Source: a virus
Taxonomy: Duplodnaviria > Caudoviricetes
DNA: 64,000 bases
Virus record (IMG/VR): IMGVR_UViG_3300023119_000004
Direction: 5' to 3' (one strand)
In this document: one piece after another, positions 31,361-41,502 of the stretch
How the letters are laid out: each line of letters begins with the position of its first letter
Numbering within the stretch: the first letter of the stretch is position 1
Made by a program: the position numbers and the translations under genes
Notes under the pieces: model-generated
What the model saw: only the letters and a program-made list of their open reading frames with translations
Database searches by the model: none
What the model was told of the DNA's origin: nothing

Positions 31361-32339
31361 TATAGAAGACATTAGAGCGATACATTTAGAAGTAACGTCA
31401 AAGTGCCAAGCCTCTTGTCCTATGTGTGCTAGAAATTTACAAGGCGGTCCGTTAAATCCTTTCCTTAAACTAAACGAAGTTGATCTAGGAACATTTGTAA
31501 ATTGGATTCCAAGAAACATTGTACGTCAACTAGATCGTTTGTATATGTGTGGTAATTTCGGCGATCCTATTATTGCAAATGACACACTTGAAATATTTCA
31601 ATATTTACGTGAAACAAATCCATCGATTAGTTTAAGCATGAATACAAACGGTAGTGCTAGGAATACAGAATGGTTTAAAGATCTTGCTAATTTAAATGTG
31701 CGTGTTCGTTTTGGTATTGATGGATTAGAAGATACACACAGTAAATATCGTATTGGTACAGACTGGAATAAAATTATAGAAAATGCAAAATCATTTATCA
31801 ATGCTGGCGGATATGCTATTTGGGATATGTTAATTTTTAGTCATAATGCACATCAAAAAGAAGCGTGTAAAGAATTAGCAGATACTATTGGCTTCAAAGA
31901 GTTTTACAGTAAAAACACAAGTAGATTTAGAGATGACGTATTACCTGTATTAGATAAAACAGGAAAACAAGTTGATACACTTTACCCAACAGAAAAGAGT
32001 GTAAAACATAAAGAAAAAATTAAAGAAGTAAAAGCATCAGAAGAAATTTGCACAATTAAATGTAAAGTAAAAGAAGAACGTGCAATTTACATAGGTGCCA
32101 ATGGAAACTTACTTCCTTGTTGTTGGTTAGATCATGATTACATACAACCAACATCGACAAGTAGAATTGATTTTATGAATCATTTTGGAAATTATCCTAA
32201 TTTGCATAGTAATACTATGCAAGAAATCTTTTCTTCAAACTTCTTTAATAAAATAGAACAGGGTTGGAAAACTAATCCTTTAAAAGAATGTAAAAAACAA
32301 TGTGGAACATATGACGTATTCAAAGAACAATTCAGATAA
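31353..32339 (+). CDS. Radical SAM protein with C-terminal SPASM/twitch domain
   Basis: SKCQASCPMC and CGNFGDP. C-terminal IKC..LLPCCW..ECKKQC. Confidence 0.85.
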   Translation: MYNIEDIRAIHLEVTSKCQASCPMCARNLQGGPLNPFLKLNEVDLGTFVNWIPRNIVRQLDRLYMCGNFGDPIIANDTLEIFQYLRETNPSISLSMNTNGSARNTEWFKDLANLNVRVRFGIDGLEDTHSKYRIGTDWNKIIENAKSFINAGGYAIWDMLIFSHNAHQKEACKELADTIGFKEFYSKNTSRFRDDVLPVLDKTGKQVDTLYPTEKSVKHKEKIKEVKASEEICTIKCKVKEERAIYIGANGNLLPCCWLDHDYIQPTSTSRIDFMNHFGNYPNLHSNTMQEIFSSNFFNKIEQGWKTNPLKECKKQCGTYDVFKEQFR

Positions 32340-33633
32340 GTTTTGTCCGTTACCGTGGATACATTTAGCAACTCGTCCTAACGGCGATGTGCGTGTGTGT
32401 TGTACTGCTAATGCTAGTGGTGCGGGTGAAGATGATGATAAAACAGCAGGTCTTGTAAAGAAAGATGGAATTGCTATGAATGTTCGTGATCATACTATTG
32501 AAGAAGTTTGGAATAGTGATCATATGCGTAGAACAAGACTACAGATGTTAAACAATAAAGTACCTGAAAGTTGTCGTAAGTGTTTTGAAGAAGAAGCAAA
32601 GGGTATCAAGAGTAAACGTAATTGGGAAACAGAAGTATGGAACAGACGTTTAGACATTGATAGTATTGTATCACAAACACAGTTTGATGGAAGTTTGCCT
32701 GTAAACATTCCTTATTTTGATTTACGTTTAGGTAATATGTGTAATTTAAAATGTGTAATGTGTTCACCACATGACAGTTCAAGTTGGATTAAAGATTGGA
32801 AACTACAATATCCGCAGTATAAAGATCCTTTGTTACTTAAAGATCAAGACTGGGATAGTTCATATGATTATACTTGGTATAAGAAAGGCAGTTTCCTTGA
32901 TACGATGAAAAATCAAGCACAGCATATTAAAGAATTGTATTTTGCCGGTGGCGAACCTTTAATGATTCCGGAGCATTATGCTATACTAGAGTTTATGGTT
33001 GCAGAAGGTCACGCAAAGAACTGTATTTTACGTTATAATTCAAATGGTACAGAAATAAGCGAAAAGTTAATAGCATTATGGGAACAGTTTAAAGAAGTAA
33101 AATTTAATTTTAGTTTAGATGCAATAGGCGAACAAAATGATTATATTAGATACCCTAGTAAGTTTGAAACTATAGAAAAGAATCTAAAACTGCTAGATGA
33201 AACATCAGATAATATTACAGTTAATATTGCGTGTGCAGTTCAAGCATTAAACATTTATCGTGTTACAGATCTTGCTGAATGGAAGTTAGCACAAAAATTT
33301 AAAAAAATTAACAAAGCACCATACGGTGCAGGACTTATAGGATTGCATTTGGTATACTTGCCAAGTCATCTAAATGTAAGAGTATTACCTAAAGAACTTA
33401 AAAAAGAAATAACAATCAAACTAGAAACTTTTGCTACTAGTTTTCAACGTGATATGGAATTTGCAATGAATCCATATGGTAGACAACGTTGGTTTGGTCT
33501 TGTAGATTATATGAATTCAGAGGACTGGAGTCATAAACTTCCTGCAATGAAAGAGTATTTAAAAATCAATGACAATACTAGGGAACAAAATTTAACTGAT
33601 GTGTTTCCTGAACTGGAGGCATTATGGAAGTAG
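32311..33633 (+). CDS. Radical SAM protein with N-terminal twitch/SPASM domain
   Basis: FCPLPW..VRVCC..SCRKC. NMCNLKCVMC and FAGGEP. Confidence 0.85.
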   Translation: MTYSKNNSDKFCPLPWIHLATRPNGDVRVCCTANASGAGEDDDKTAGLVKKDGIAMNVRDHTIEEVWNSDHMRRTRLQMLNNKVPESCRKCFEEEAKGIKSKRNWETEVWNRRLDIDSIVSQTQFDGSLPVNIPYFDLRLGNMCNLKCVMCSPHDSSSWIKDWKLQYPQYKDPLLLKDQDWDSSYDYTWYKKGSFLDTMKNQAQHIKELYFAGGEPLMIPEHYAILEFMVAEGHAKNCILRYNSNGTEISEKLIALWEQFKEVKFNFSLDAIGEQNDYIRYPSKFETIEKNLKLLDETSDNITVNIACAVQALNIYRVTDLAEWKLAQKFKKINKAPYGAGLIGLHLVYLPSHLNVRVLPKELKKEITIKLETFATSFQRDMEFAMNPYGRQRWFGLVDYMNSEDWSHKLPAMKEYLKINDNTREQNLTDVFPELEALWK

Positions 33634-34211
33634 GATTTAAAATTGTTTGCGATGATATTGACCCAAATGAACTACACAAACAAACTATAATTGGTACAGA
33701 CACAGAAAACGGACACTTGGTTGTACGTTCAAGTGCTAACGAACAGTTATTATATCTTGACGGTGCTACAGATGGAAAGTCGCCTATCTTTATTGGACTT
33801 TCTAAATCGCGTGGAGATCAAACTAACAAACTGCCAGTTGAAGCAGGTGATACATTGGGTGGGTTTCAAGTTTACGCAAGAACTAAACCAGGCAATAGTT
33901 TAGGTTACTGTCATAGTGAAAGTCCGTTAACAGGCGCTATCCAATTTTTTGTAGCAGACGATTATAATAAACAAGGTGCAGTTGCTACTGAAATGATTAT
34001 AGCGTTATCTGACAATGACGATATGAGTGCTAGATTAAAACTTGATAGTAAAGGAAATTTAATTACACATGGAAATATTACTAGTGGCAATTTAACTATA
34101 ACAGATAATACTATTGATTCGTGGCACATAGGTCTTGTAGAAAAGTATGTTGAAGTGGAATATGATGGCAAAAAGTTTGCAATGCCGTTATATAAAATTG
34201 AAAATGAATAA
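33624..34211 (+). CDS. Mini tail-fibre-like protein (195 aa) embedded in the enzyme island
   Basis: LSKSRGDQTNKLPVEAGDTLGG..LDSKGNL aligns by eye with FSSKHGDIQNPVRATAGDFIGA..YDSRGYL of the fibre at 50871..52238. Confidence 0.5.
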   Translation: MEVGFKIVCDDIDPNELHKQTIIGTDTENGHLVVRSSANEQLLYLDGATDGKSPIFIGLSKSRGDQTNKLPVEAGDTLGGFQVYARTKPGNSLGYCHSESPLTGAIQFFVADDYNKQGAVATEMIIALSDNDDMSARLKLDSKGNLITHGNITSGNLTITDNTIDSWHIGLVEKYVEVEYDGKKFAMPLYKIENE

Positions 34212-34887
34212 TATTACGTGGAAAGAAGTAGACTATAAAAATAATAGTCTAAACAATATAGCAAGAAATATTACTGAATTTCACACAGGAAATTGTCAGG
34301 GAGATATTTCATATTCTAAAACAGAAGGCACACCAATTGGTACAATTTTTCTTGAAGAAAAATATACAGTTAAGGATATGGCTATTTTAAATAGTTTATT
34401 AAATTATAATGTTTACTTTAGAAAAAATACAGAACAAACACTTAAAACAGATTTAAAACCAGACTGTGCTGTTGTATTAGCAAGTGGCAATACTGTAGAT
34501 CAAATTGAATCTAAGTATATGTATGTTATTGATATTAGTCCTAAGGCTTTACAAAATCATCAAAAAGCATTTAATATGACATCAACAGAATATTACGAAC
34601 TTGATGTGTTTGATTTAGAAGAAGTGCGTAAGTTTTTGCGTAAGTGCAAAGGTGAAACAGGATTATTTTGTTTAAGTAATATATTTTTATATTTGCCTAA
34701 TTGTATTATGTTTGATGCAAAAGCAAGACTAACAAGGCAAAATAAATTAATGCAAGTACTAGCAGAAGATAAAATTGAATGGTATGTTGATATGTGTACT
34801 GTTAACGGTATATATTTCCAAGCCCCTGCTAGAGAACTAGTTGATATGAAACTTGATGATAAGTTTAAGGTGTTACCATGGATCTAG
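34204..34887 (+). CDS. Hypothetical protein, possible SAM-dependent transferase fold
   Basis: AVVLASGN followed by YVIDIS (Rossmann-like motifs I/II). The ATG at 34204 is preferred over the GTG at 34147. Confidence 0.4.
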   Translation: MNNITWKEVDYKNNSLNNIARNITEFHTGNCQGDISYSKTEGTPIGTIFLEEKYTVKDMAILNSLLNYNVYFRKNTEQTLKTDLKPDCAVVLASGNTVDQIESKYMYVIDISPKALQNHQKAFNMTSTEYYELDVFDLEEVRKFLRKCKGETGLFCLSNIFLYLPNCIMFDAKARLTRQNKLMQVLAEDKIEWYVDMCTVNGIYFQAPARELVDMKLDDKFKVLPWI

Positions 34888-35519
34888 TCGAACAGTTTAA
34901 TTGGATTAGACATGAAAGCGGACTTGCTACATTACGATTAGATGTACCAAAGCCAAGCGGTGCTATGCGAGAAGAAATATTGCAAAGTTTACATCTTGCA
35001 GTACCACATAGAGAAGATTATGGTAAAGGGTGGCGTAGTTTAACACTACACGGTCATAGTTCAACAATGACCGACAGTGATCAAGCATACAAAGAAAAGG
35101 GATTTATGTTAGGAGAAAAAACTTGGACTGATGTTGCAAAGTATTTTCCTTTAACTAAAAAATGGATTACTGAGAATATACCTTTTAAAAAGTACGGTAG
35201 GGTAAGAATAATGATAGTTGACCCGGGTGGGCATATTAGTCCGCATAAAGACTATCCAAATGGACAACTGTTAGCCGGTATTAATGTTGCTATAACGCAT
35301 CCAGAAGGTACAATATTTGATATTGAAAATTATGGTAATGTAGAATGGCAAGAAGGCGAAGCAAGACTAATTGATTTAGGAAGTATGCACCAGGTTATGA
35401 ACAAAAGTAATGAACCAAGGATACATATAATTATACACAGCGAACCAATTGATGATTGGAGCGGTGTTATGCAACTAGTTTGCGACAGTTACGGAAAGGA
35501 ATATAATGGATCAAAATGA
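34878..35519 (+). CDS. Asp/Asn beta-hydroxylase-like 2OG-Fe(II) oxygenase
   Basis: RVRIM..PGGHISPHKD (HxD), distal SMHQVMN..PRIHII. Confidence 0.8.
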   Translation: MDLVEQFNWIRHESGLATLRLDVPKPSGAMREEILQSLHLAVPHREDYGKGWRSLTLHGHSSTMTDSDQAYKEKGFMLGEKTWTDVAKYFPLTKKWITENIPFKKYGRVRIMIVDPGGHISPHKDYPNGQLLAGINVAITHPEGTIFDIENYGNVEWQEGEARLIDLGSMHQVMNKSNEPRIHIIIHSEPIDDWSGVMQLVCDSYGKEYNGSK

Positions 35520-36162
35520 AATAGAAAGAGCGTTGCGTTGGCAAAGCCTAGTTAATCTAGGTAACCAAGTAAAACTCAAATGGCATATTGATCATCATGC
35601 TGTTGAACAGCAGTTAGAACAGTTTAAAAATAACTGGTGTCCTTATAATGTTAAAAAAGACAAGCATAATAATCGTTGGGGATTACCTGTAACTAGTCAT
35701 TCAGGTGATGTAATGGACAATTATCATCTTAATAGTTTTGGCCATATGCAAAAATATCACAATGTTGAAATGAAGGAAGAAAACTTTAATACACCTACAG
35801 AAGTGTATAATAAAATTCCTGAAATTGCAAAACTAGTAGATATATTTTCGCCAGACATCGGGCGTGTACATTTATTACGTATTGATCAAGGTGGATTTTT
35901 CCCACCACATAGAGATTTTCACGGAACTAGTCCAGAATACTTTAGACTATTAGTAGTATTTGGCAGATGCAGTCCTGAGAATTATGTACAGTTAGTTGAC
36001 GGTAAACCTTTATATCCAGAAGCAGGGTATGTTTACTTCACAAACTTCCAATTAGATCATAGTGTGTTTAGTTTTAGTGATAACTTGTATAGTCTTATTT
36101 TAACAGTAAAACTAAATGAGCGTACACAAAAATTAATACTAGACAACACAATGGCAGAATGA
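35506..36162 (+). CDS. Asp/Asn beta-hydroxylase-like 2OG-Fe(II) oxygenase
   Basis: RVHLL..GGFFPPHRD (HxD), distal LDHSVF. Confidence 0.7.
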   Translation: MDQNEIERALRWQSLVNLGNQVKLKWHIDHHAVEQQLEQFKNNWCPYNVKKDKHNNRWGLPVTSHSGDVMDNYHLNSFGHMQKYHNVEMKEENFNTPTEVYNKIPEIAKLVDIFSPDIGRVHLLRIDQGGFFPPHRDFHGTSPEYFRLLVVFGRCSPENYVQLVDGKPLYPEAGYVYFTNFQLDHSVFSFSDNLYSLILTVKLNERTQKLILDNTMAE

Positions 36163-37064
36163 AATTAGAGTACCAAAACAAAGCAAAAGAAGAATGGTTT
36201 CTTGTTAGTTGGACATTAAGTAACAAGTGTAACTATCGCTGTTCCTATTGTCCGGATCATTTACACAACGGAAGTACTGGACAACCCCAATGGGAAACAG
36301 TAAAACGTTTTGTTGAAAATTTTAAAGTACCAAAAGAAATCTGTTATAGAGTGAGTGGCGGCGAACCTACATACTGGAAACATTTTTTAGATCTTGCTAA
36401 ACTTGTAAAAAAACAAGGTCACACATTTAGTTTTCTAACTAACGGCAGTCAGCGTGTAAAATATTACAAAGAAATAAGCAAGTACACAGACGGTTATATT
36501 ATTTCATACCATCCAGAGTTTGCTAATCTAGAACATATTAAAGAAGTAATACAAGAAAGTTATTGTCCTGTATTTGTTAATCTAATGTTGTCGCCTGAAA
36601 ACTTTAATGAAATGTTTGACATTGCAGAAGAACTATATTCAAGCAGTGATAATGTTAGTGTATGGCCTAAAATAATTTTAGATAAGTCTAACATAGATGC
36701 AATTACAAATACACCAGCAAACTACACACAAGACCAATTAGACACAATTAAGAATTGGCCTTTCTTTACTAACCTTCCAGACGCACAGTTACACAGAGGA
36801 GAATTGCTGTTAGATGATTCACCTGTAACTGCCAATGATTTAATATCAGAAAGTAAAAATCGTTTTAGGAATTGGAAATGTTGGGCAGGCATTGATGGAA
36901 TTAATATTGATATGTGGGGAAACATATATAGAGCAGACTGTCAATATGGCGGCGCATTAGGAAATCTAGAACGTTACAAATTACCCGAAAAAGAAATTGT
37001 ATGTGGTAAAAGTGTATGTAGTTGTTTGAGCGATATATACATTAGGAAAGAGTTATGCGAATAA
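36159..37064 (+). CDS. Radical SAM protein with C-terminal SPASM/twitch-like Cys cluster
   Basis: NKCNYRCSYC and VSGGEP. C-terminal WKCWAG..ADC..VCGKSVCSC. Paralogue of 29470..30450. Confidence 0.85.
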   Translation: MKLEYQNKAKEEWFLVSWTLSNKCNYRCSYCPDHLHNGSTGQPQWETVKRFVENFKVPKEICYRVSGGEPTYWKHFLDLAKLVKKQGHTFSFLTNGSQRVKYYKEISKYTDGYIISYHPEFANLEHIKEVIQESYCPVFVNLMLSPENFNEMFDIAEELYSSSDNVSVWPKIILDKSNIDAITNTPANYTQDQLDTIKNWPFFTNLPDAQLHRGELLLDDSPVTANDLISESKNRFRNWKCWAGIDGINIDMWGNIYRADCQYGGALGNLERYKLPEKEIVCGKSVCSCLSDIYIRKELCE

Positions 37065-37603
37065 TTGTAACAGGAAACCCAAACTACGAAGGCCTTTCTA
37101 AAGGAATCTTTGAAGCATATAATCATAATAATGTTGAGTTTATAGGTAGACACAATGGTTGGGATATGACTGACTTAGATGCTATTGCTGACTATGTTAA
37201 AAATGCAGATGTGTTTGTTAATAGTTTATTAATACCAGACAGCGGACAAGAAAAACTGTTGCATAAAGTTTACAAAACGTTTAAAGGGTTACATATAATT
37301 AACATTTCTAGTACAACAAGTTACTGGCGTGACGGTTATAGTCCAGAAGGTTATCTTGAAAGTAAAACTGCGTTAGACGAAGCAAGTAAAATGTATTCAA
37401 ACTATTGTGCATTTGGGAATAGTAAAGTTCGTGTAAGCAATATTGCTTTTGGTCAACTTGATTCTAAAACAACAAACAATAAAAGTGATAGGAAAAAGAT
37501 TAGTTTGCTTGACGCAGGTAAACTTGTTAAATGGCTAATTGATAGTCCACGTAACATGAACATTCATTATCTTGCTGTTGATCCTATTCAAACAGACTAC
37601 TAA
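37055..37603 (+). CDS. Short, divergent SDR-family (NAD(P)-dependent) oxidoreductase
   Basis: IIVTG start, DVFVN, IINISS and YLESK (YxxxK). Only 182 aa. Confidence 0.6.
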   Translation: MRIIVTGNPNYEGLSKGIFEAYNHNNVEFIGRHNGWDMTDLDAIADYVKNADVFVNSLLIPDSGQEKLLHKVYKTFKGLHIINISSTTSYWRDGYSPEGYLESKTALDEASKMYSNYCAFGNSKVRVSNIAFGQLDSKTTNNKSDRKKISLLDAGKLVKWLIDSPRNMNIHYLAVDPIQTDY

Positions 37604-38702
37604 GTTCAGGACAATGATCAAGTACGTTTGTATTGCGTAACTTATCGAGATCTTTTGTATACTGTACAAAAGTTTCAGTTAAATTTGTATCATTATTTGT
37701 ATAATTTACAAAATCAAATTTGTGTTCAATGTTTTCTAAAATGCTGTTAGGTAAAACTCTTGGATTTAGATATGGCGGTTGTACAACTACATTATTAAAG
37801 TAGATTGACCAATTATCTTTTTTAACACTATCGTACCATTCTTGAATTTTATGTAAGTGTGCAATATTATACGCCATAACAGTAACAGCAATAATAACTC
37901 TATCAAAATTGTAGTGTTTTAGATTTTCGTTTAATTGCTCAAACGTAAAATTATTTCCACCTCTAATATATTCGTATAGTTTACCAGTTCCTTCAACACT
38001 TACGGTCCATTTTGTATGGCCAAACTGTTTTGCAAGTTCGTGTACTTCATCGTCAACAATGGTTCCATTAGTAGTCCAATCAAGTGTAATGTTTTTAGCA
38101 ATACCTAAGTCAATAAACTTTTTAAGAATAGTTTTGTTTGAAGGTTCCATATACGGTTCCCCGCCTTTGATGCTTAGGTAACGCAAGTTCATAAATGGTG
38201 TAGGATCTTCAAATAGTTTTGCAATAATTTGATCGCTTTTATTTGTATAACCAAACTCTGGATGATCTACTGGCCTATTATAATCTTTGTTTAGTTCAGC
38301 CAATTTCAATTCTTCTTTGACCCAAGCACTTGAACTAATACCATTGCACATACGACATTTCAAATTACAGATATTGCTCATATTGAATTCCAAAAAGTAT
38401 ATGTCATGGAAGTTTTTGGTGTAATCGTAATTGGTATTTTCCAACATTGGATTTAGTATATCACGGAAGAATAAACGCCTGCTATGACCTACTGTAGCCT
38501 CTTTTAAGCGGCATTTATCGCACTCGGGTGGTAACTGACCCTTACGTATAGAATCCTTTGTGTATGACGCTGTAATGCTGTTTAAGACGGTGTTTAAAGA
38601 CGATTCTAGCACGTTACCGTAGCGATTTGCATACACTCCGTCGGGTACAATATCACCATTAAAACGTACCAAAATACTATGCCAAGGTGCGTAACACTTC
38701 AT
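37584..38702 (-). CDS. Radical SAM protein with N-terminal twitch/SPASM domain
   Basis: KCYAPW..ECDKC. NICNLKCRMC and IKGGEP. The second twitch Cys pair is replaced by PDG. Confidence 0.85.
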   Translation of the reverse strand: MKCYAPWHSILVRFNGDIVPDGVYANRYGNVLESSLNTVLNSITASYTKDSIRKGQLPPECDKCRLKEATVGHSRRLFFRDILNPMLENTNYDYTKNFHDIYFLEFNMSNICNLKCRMCNGISSSAWVKEELKLAELNKDYNRPVDHPEFGYTNKSDQIIAKLFEDPTPFMNLRYLSIKGGEPYMEPSNKTILKKFIDLGIAKNITLDWTTNGTIVDDEVHELAKQFGHTKWTVSVEGTGKLYEYIRGGNNFTFEQLNENLKHYNFDRVIIAVTVMAYNIAHLHKIQEWYDSVKKDNWSIYFNNVVVQPPYLNPRVLPNSILENIEHKFDFVNYTNNDTNLTETFVQYTKDLDKLRNTNVLDHCPELSSLFE

Positions 38703-39835
38703 AGTATAGACACCGTTTCTATGTCTAAACAGTCATTTAATTTTACTAAATTGGAACTGTTATCGTGCGTGTTATATACAATAGTATGTATTTCATCGTT
38801 GTAAATTACAGGTCTTCCAAACATTAAATTATCTGGATATGTTTTTGATATCCAAATACCGTTTGTGTCAATTTTATAAAGGGCACACCCTGGGGTTCCT
38901 GCTGGTAAAAAGTATGCAGACCCTTTATAAGCAATACCACTACGATATCTAAATTTACCACCATAAGATTCTTTTATACTAAATTGAAAACTTTCTTTTG
39001 TAATAGTATCAAAGATTATACCTTTATCGCTATCATTACTATCTTCATCACCGTACGGTAATCCAATAATAACATCATCAACTAATACTTGTGTGTTATA
39101 TTTTTTAGCAAAGTCGTCTACGTTTAATTTCCATAATCTGTATTCTTTTGTTTTTGTATCAAACTCAATTACTTCATTTAATCCTGCTGTTTCGCCAAAT
39201 GGTAAACTAAAAAGTTTGTTACCTACAACAACAGCATCAGTATATTTGCGTGATACTTTAGGTAAATTCAATTTGTGTTTGATTACCTTCTTACCGTCAA
39301 ACTCTAGTATGTTTGAATAATGAACACTTTCACCTCTTGGCATACTGTAATAACTTCCGTTACAATAAACAGTACCCATGTGTGCTTTCTTTTCATTTGT
39401 GTCAACGTCGATAGTTTTAACTTTATTATTGTTAATGTAAATCAAGAATTGCGTATCTTCATAACCTAATGGAAAACTACAAGCGGTATTGCCGTGACTA
39501 GCAACACTATAAAATTGTCCTTTGCCTTTTTTATCTAGTTTATGATAGATAGGCGTTTTATCTTTTATTTGTACTACAACATTTAAGTCATCATAAATGC
39601 CATAAGGTATAAGCCATATGCTATCGTCAGTAACACCGACTGCATTAAATTTGCTAGTTGCATTTGGAACATCAAGTGATACAAGTGTGGTGTGATCTTT
39701 ATAGAATGCACACATATCGTATGACGGATTGTTTTGAGTACCAAATGGAGGACTAACTAATTCGTCCTTGTTTACTTCTAGTACAAGATGTCTAATACGT
39801 GCTTCTTTATAAAAATCTTCAAATGCTTTATACAT
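38699..39835 (-). CDS. Beta-propeller-like repeat protein (PYG repeats)
   Basis: Repeats IPYG, FPLG, MPRG, LPFG, LPYG, LPAG spaced roughly 45-50 aa apart. Confidence 0.55.
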   Translation of the reverse strand: MYKAFEDFYKEARIRHLVLEVNKDELVSPPFGTQNNPSYDMCAFYKDHTTLVSLDVPNATSKFNAVGVTDDSIWLIPYGIYDDLNVVVQIKDKTPIYHKLDKKGKGQFYSVASHGNTACSFPLGYEDTQFLIYINNNKVKTIDVDTNEKKAHMGTVYCNGSYYSMPRGESVHYSNILEFDGKKVIKHKLNLPKVSRKYTDAVVVGNKLFSLPFGETAGLNEVIEFDTKTKEYRLWKLNVDDFAKKYNTQVLVDDVIIGLPYGDEDSNDSDKGIIFDTITKESFQFSIKESYGGKFRYRSGIAYKGSAYFLPAGTPGCALYKIDTNGIWISKTYPDNLMFGRPVIYNDEIHTIVYNTHDNSSNLVKLNDCLDIETVSIL

Positions 39836-41066
39836 TGTTTAAGTCTATTGTTTTGATAACTTTTTCTTTAATAGTGTCAAACACTAATATAGTTTGGAAA
39901 CTGTCGCTTTCTCCGTATGGAAAAGCATATATAATATCGTTAATTATAACACATTTATTATATTTTTCAATAGTAGTATTGTCTTTAAAGTATTCACCAA
40001 CATCGACTGTATAGTGTTCTTCTGTATTTGTATCTACTACTAATACTTCTGCTAGGTCGCCTTGACTTTTCCAAGTATCCTCAGGCTCACATACACAGCC
40101 ACCTCTTGGAATAAAATACAATTTACCTTGACTGTTTTCTACCCCAGCAAAATATTTTTTACTTTCTTTGCCTATGCCTAAATCTTTAATGTGCCACTTG
40201 TCTGTGTTACTATCAATAATTAACATTTCACTCCAGTCTTCGTCGTGTCCTGCCGGTGGAAAGAATATTTTGCCATTACTAGCAACAACGTGTGTAAAGT
40301 ACTTTCTGCTAGTAGACGTAATACCAGTTTTTGTAAAAGACCAAGATTCGCTAGTAGCAAAAGATCTAGTTTTATAAGTTGCTAAAATATCAAACCCAGG
40401 ATATTCGCTATACGGCGGAGCGTATAATTTTTTGTTTGCTTTTGCCACAGTAGTAAATTTTTTGTTGCAGTATTTTTCTTTATCGTAGTCTGCCCATTTA
40501 TCAACTAAATTTGTTAGTTCATAAGAATTATCAAAGCAGTCATATACAATGCCGTGATTAAAATGTGTTTCTAAATCTTCTCCACGCGGCAAACCAATTA
40601 TGTATCCGTCTAGCATTTGTGTAGTGTGCCAGCGTTTAGTATCGTCATCTACTTCTAAATAATTTAACTTAACTTCATTAGTATCCATATTGAAATCTAA
40701 TGCCCAGTTATATGACTCGTGTTCGCCGTACGGCAATGCAATTATACGATTATCAAAAATATGTCCTTGGATATATTTTCCTCTTCCTACAACATTTAAT
40801 TCAATATATTCTACACTATCGTCATCTGTGTTTAACACTAATATTTTACTTTCATTATAGGGTAGAAAATAAATTAAGTTACGGTAAACAATACCATTCT
40901 GCCATTTTTCTGTAGAGTTATTAACTTCTAAAGGAATCCGAGTTACTTGATACGTGTTAGGATCAAACTTTATCATGTAATTAATTACATCGTTTAATCC
41001 GTAAGGCGCACAATAGATAAATCCATTGTTTGCAACAGTAGGGTAACTAAAGGCTTGCGGGGTCAA
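39828..41066 (-). CDS. Beta-propeller-like repeat protein (PYG repeats), paralogue
   Basis: APYG, LPYN, LPYG, LPRG, PPYS, PPAG, IPRG, FPYG repeats. The TTG at 41066 with GGAGATAAAT upstream is preferred; the ORF track starts at 41084. Confidence 0.55.
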   Translation of the reverse strand: MTPQAFSYPTVANNGFIYCAPYGLNDVINYMIKFDPNTYQVTRIPLEVNNSTEKWQNGIVYRNLIYFLPYNESKILVLNTDDDSVEYIELNVVGRGKYIQGHIFDNRIIALPYGEHESYNWALDFNMDTNEVKLNYLEVDDDTKRWHTTQMLDGYIIGLPRGEDLETHFNHGIVYDCFDNSYELTNLVDKWADYDKEKYCNKKFTTVAKANKKLYAPPYSEYPGFDILATYKTRSFATSESWSFTKTGITSTSRKYFTHVVASNGKIFFPPAGHDEDWSEMLIIDSNTDKWHIKDLGIGKESKKYFAGVENSQGKLYFIPRGGCVCEPEDTWKSQGDLAEVLVVDTNTEEHYTVDVGEYFKDNTTIEKYNKCVIINDIIYAFPYGESDSFQTILVFDTIKEKVIKTIDLNNV

Positions 41067-41502
41067 ATTTATCTCCAAAGGCACTTTTTAAATCGTCTTG
41101 CATTTTTTCTAATACCATGTGAGGTGGATATAAGTTTACATTATCCCAATCAACAAGTGTCATTTTGTCACCGTTAATAATAATATTACTTAGTACCCAG
41201 TCACCGTGTGCGTATGGTGATGTTTCGTTAATGTTGTCAATACAGAAGTGATAAATCTTTTTCATAAACTCAGGAGTATGTTGAAATTGACTAGCAGGAG
41301 TACCTTCAATTGGTAGCATATCAATATACATTTCATTGTCGTCACAATGTTGTCCTATAATATATCCTGGATTTACTTCTTCAACTAGATCAACGTGTTC
41401 TTCTAACCAATGTGGATCACTAAAGTGCCAGACCTTTCTATAACGGTCTTCAAGTTTATATACGCTTCTTTTCTTTTGTTTATTTTCTTTAATCAAGTCC
41501 AT
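41047..41502 (-). CDS. Small APH/choline-kinase-like phosphotransferase
   Basis: YAHGDWVLSNII (HGDxxxxN catalytic loop) and LVDWD metal-binding motif. Confidence 0.7.
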   Translation of the reverse strand: MDLIKENKQKKRSVYKLEDRYRKVWHFSDPHWLEEHVDLVEEVNPGYIIGQHCDDNEMYIDMLPIEGTPASQFQHTPEFMKKIYHFCIDNINETSPYAHGDWVLSNIIINGDKMTLVDWDNVNLYPPHMVLEKMQDDLKSAFGDKFDPASL

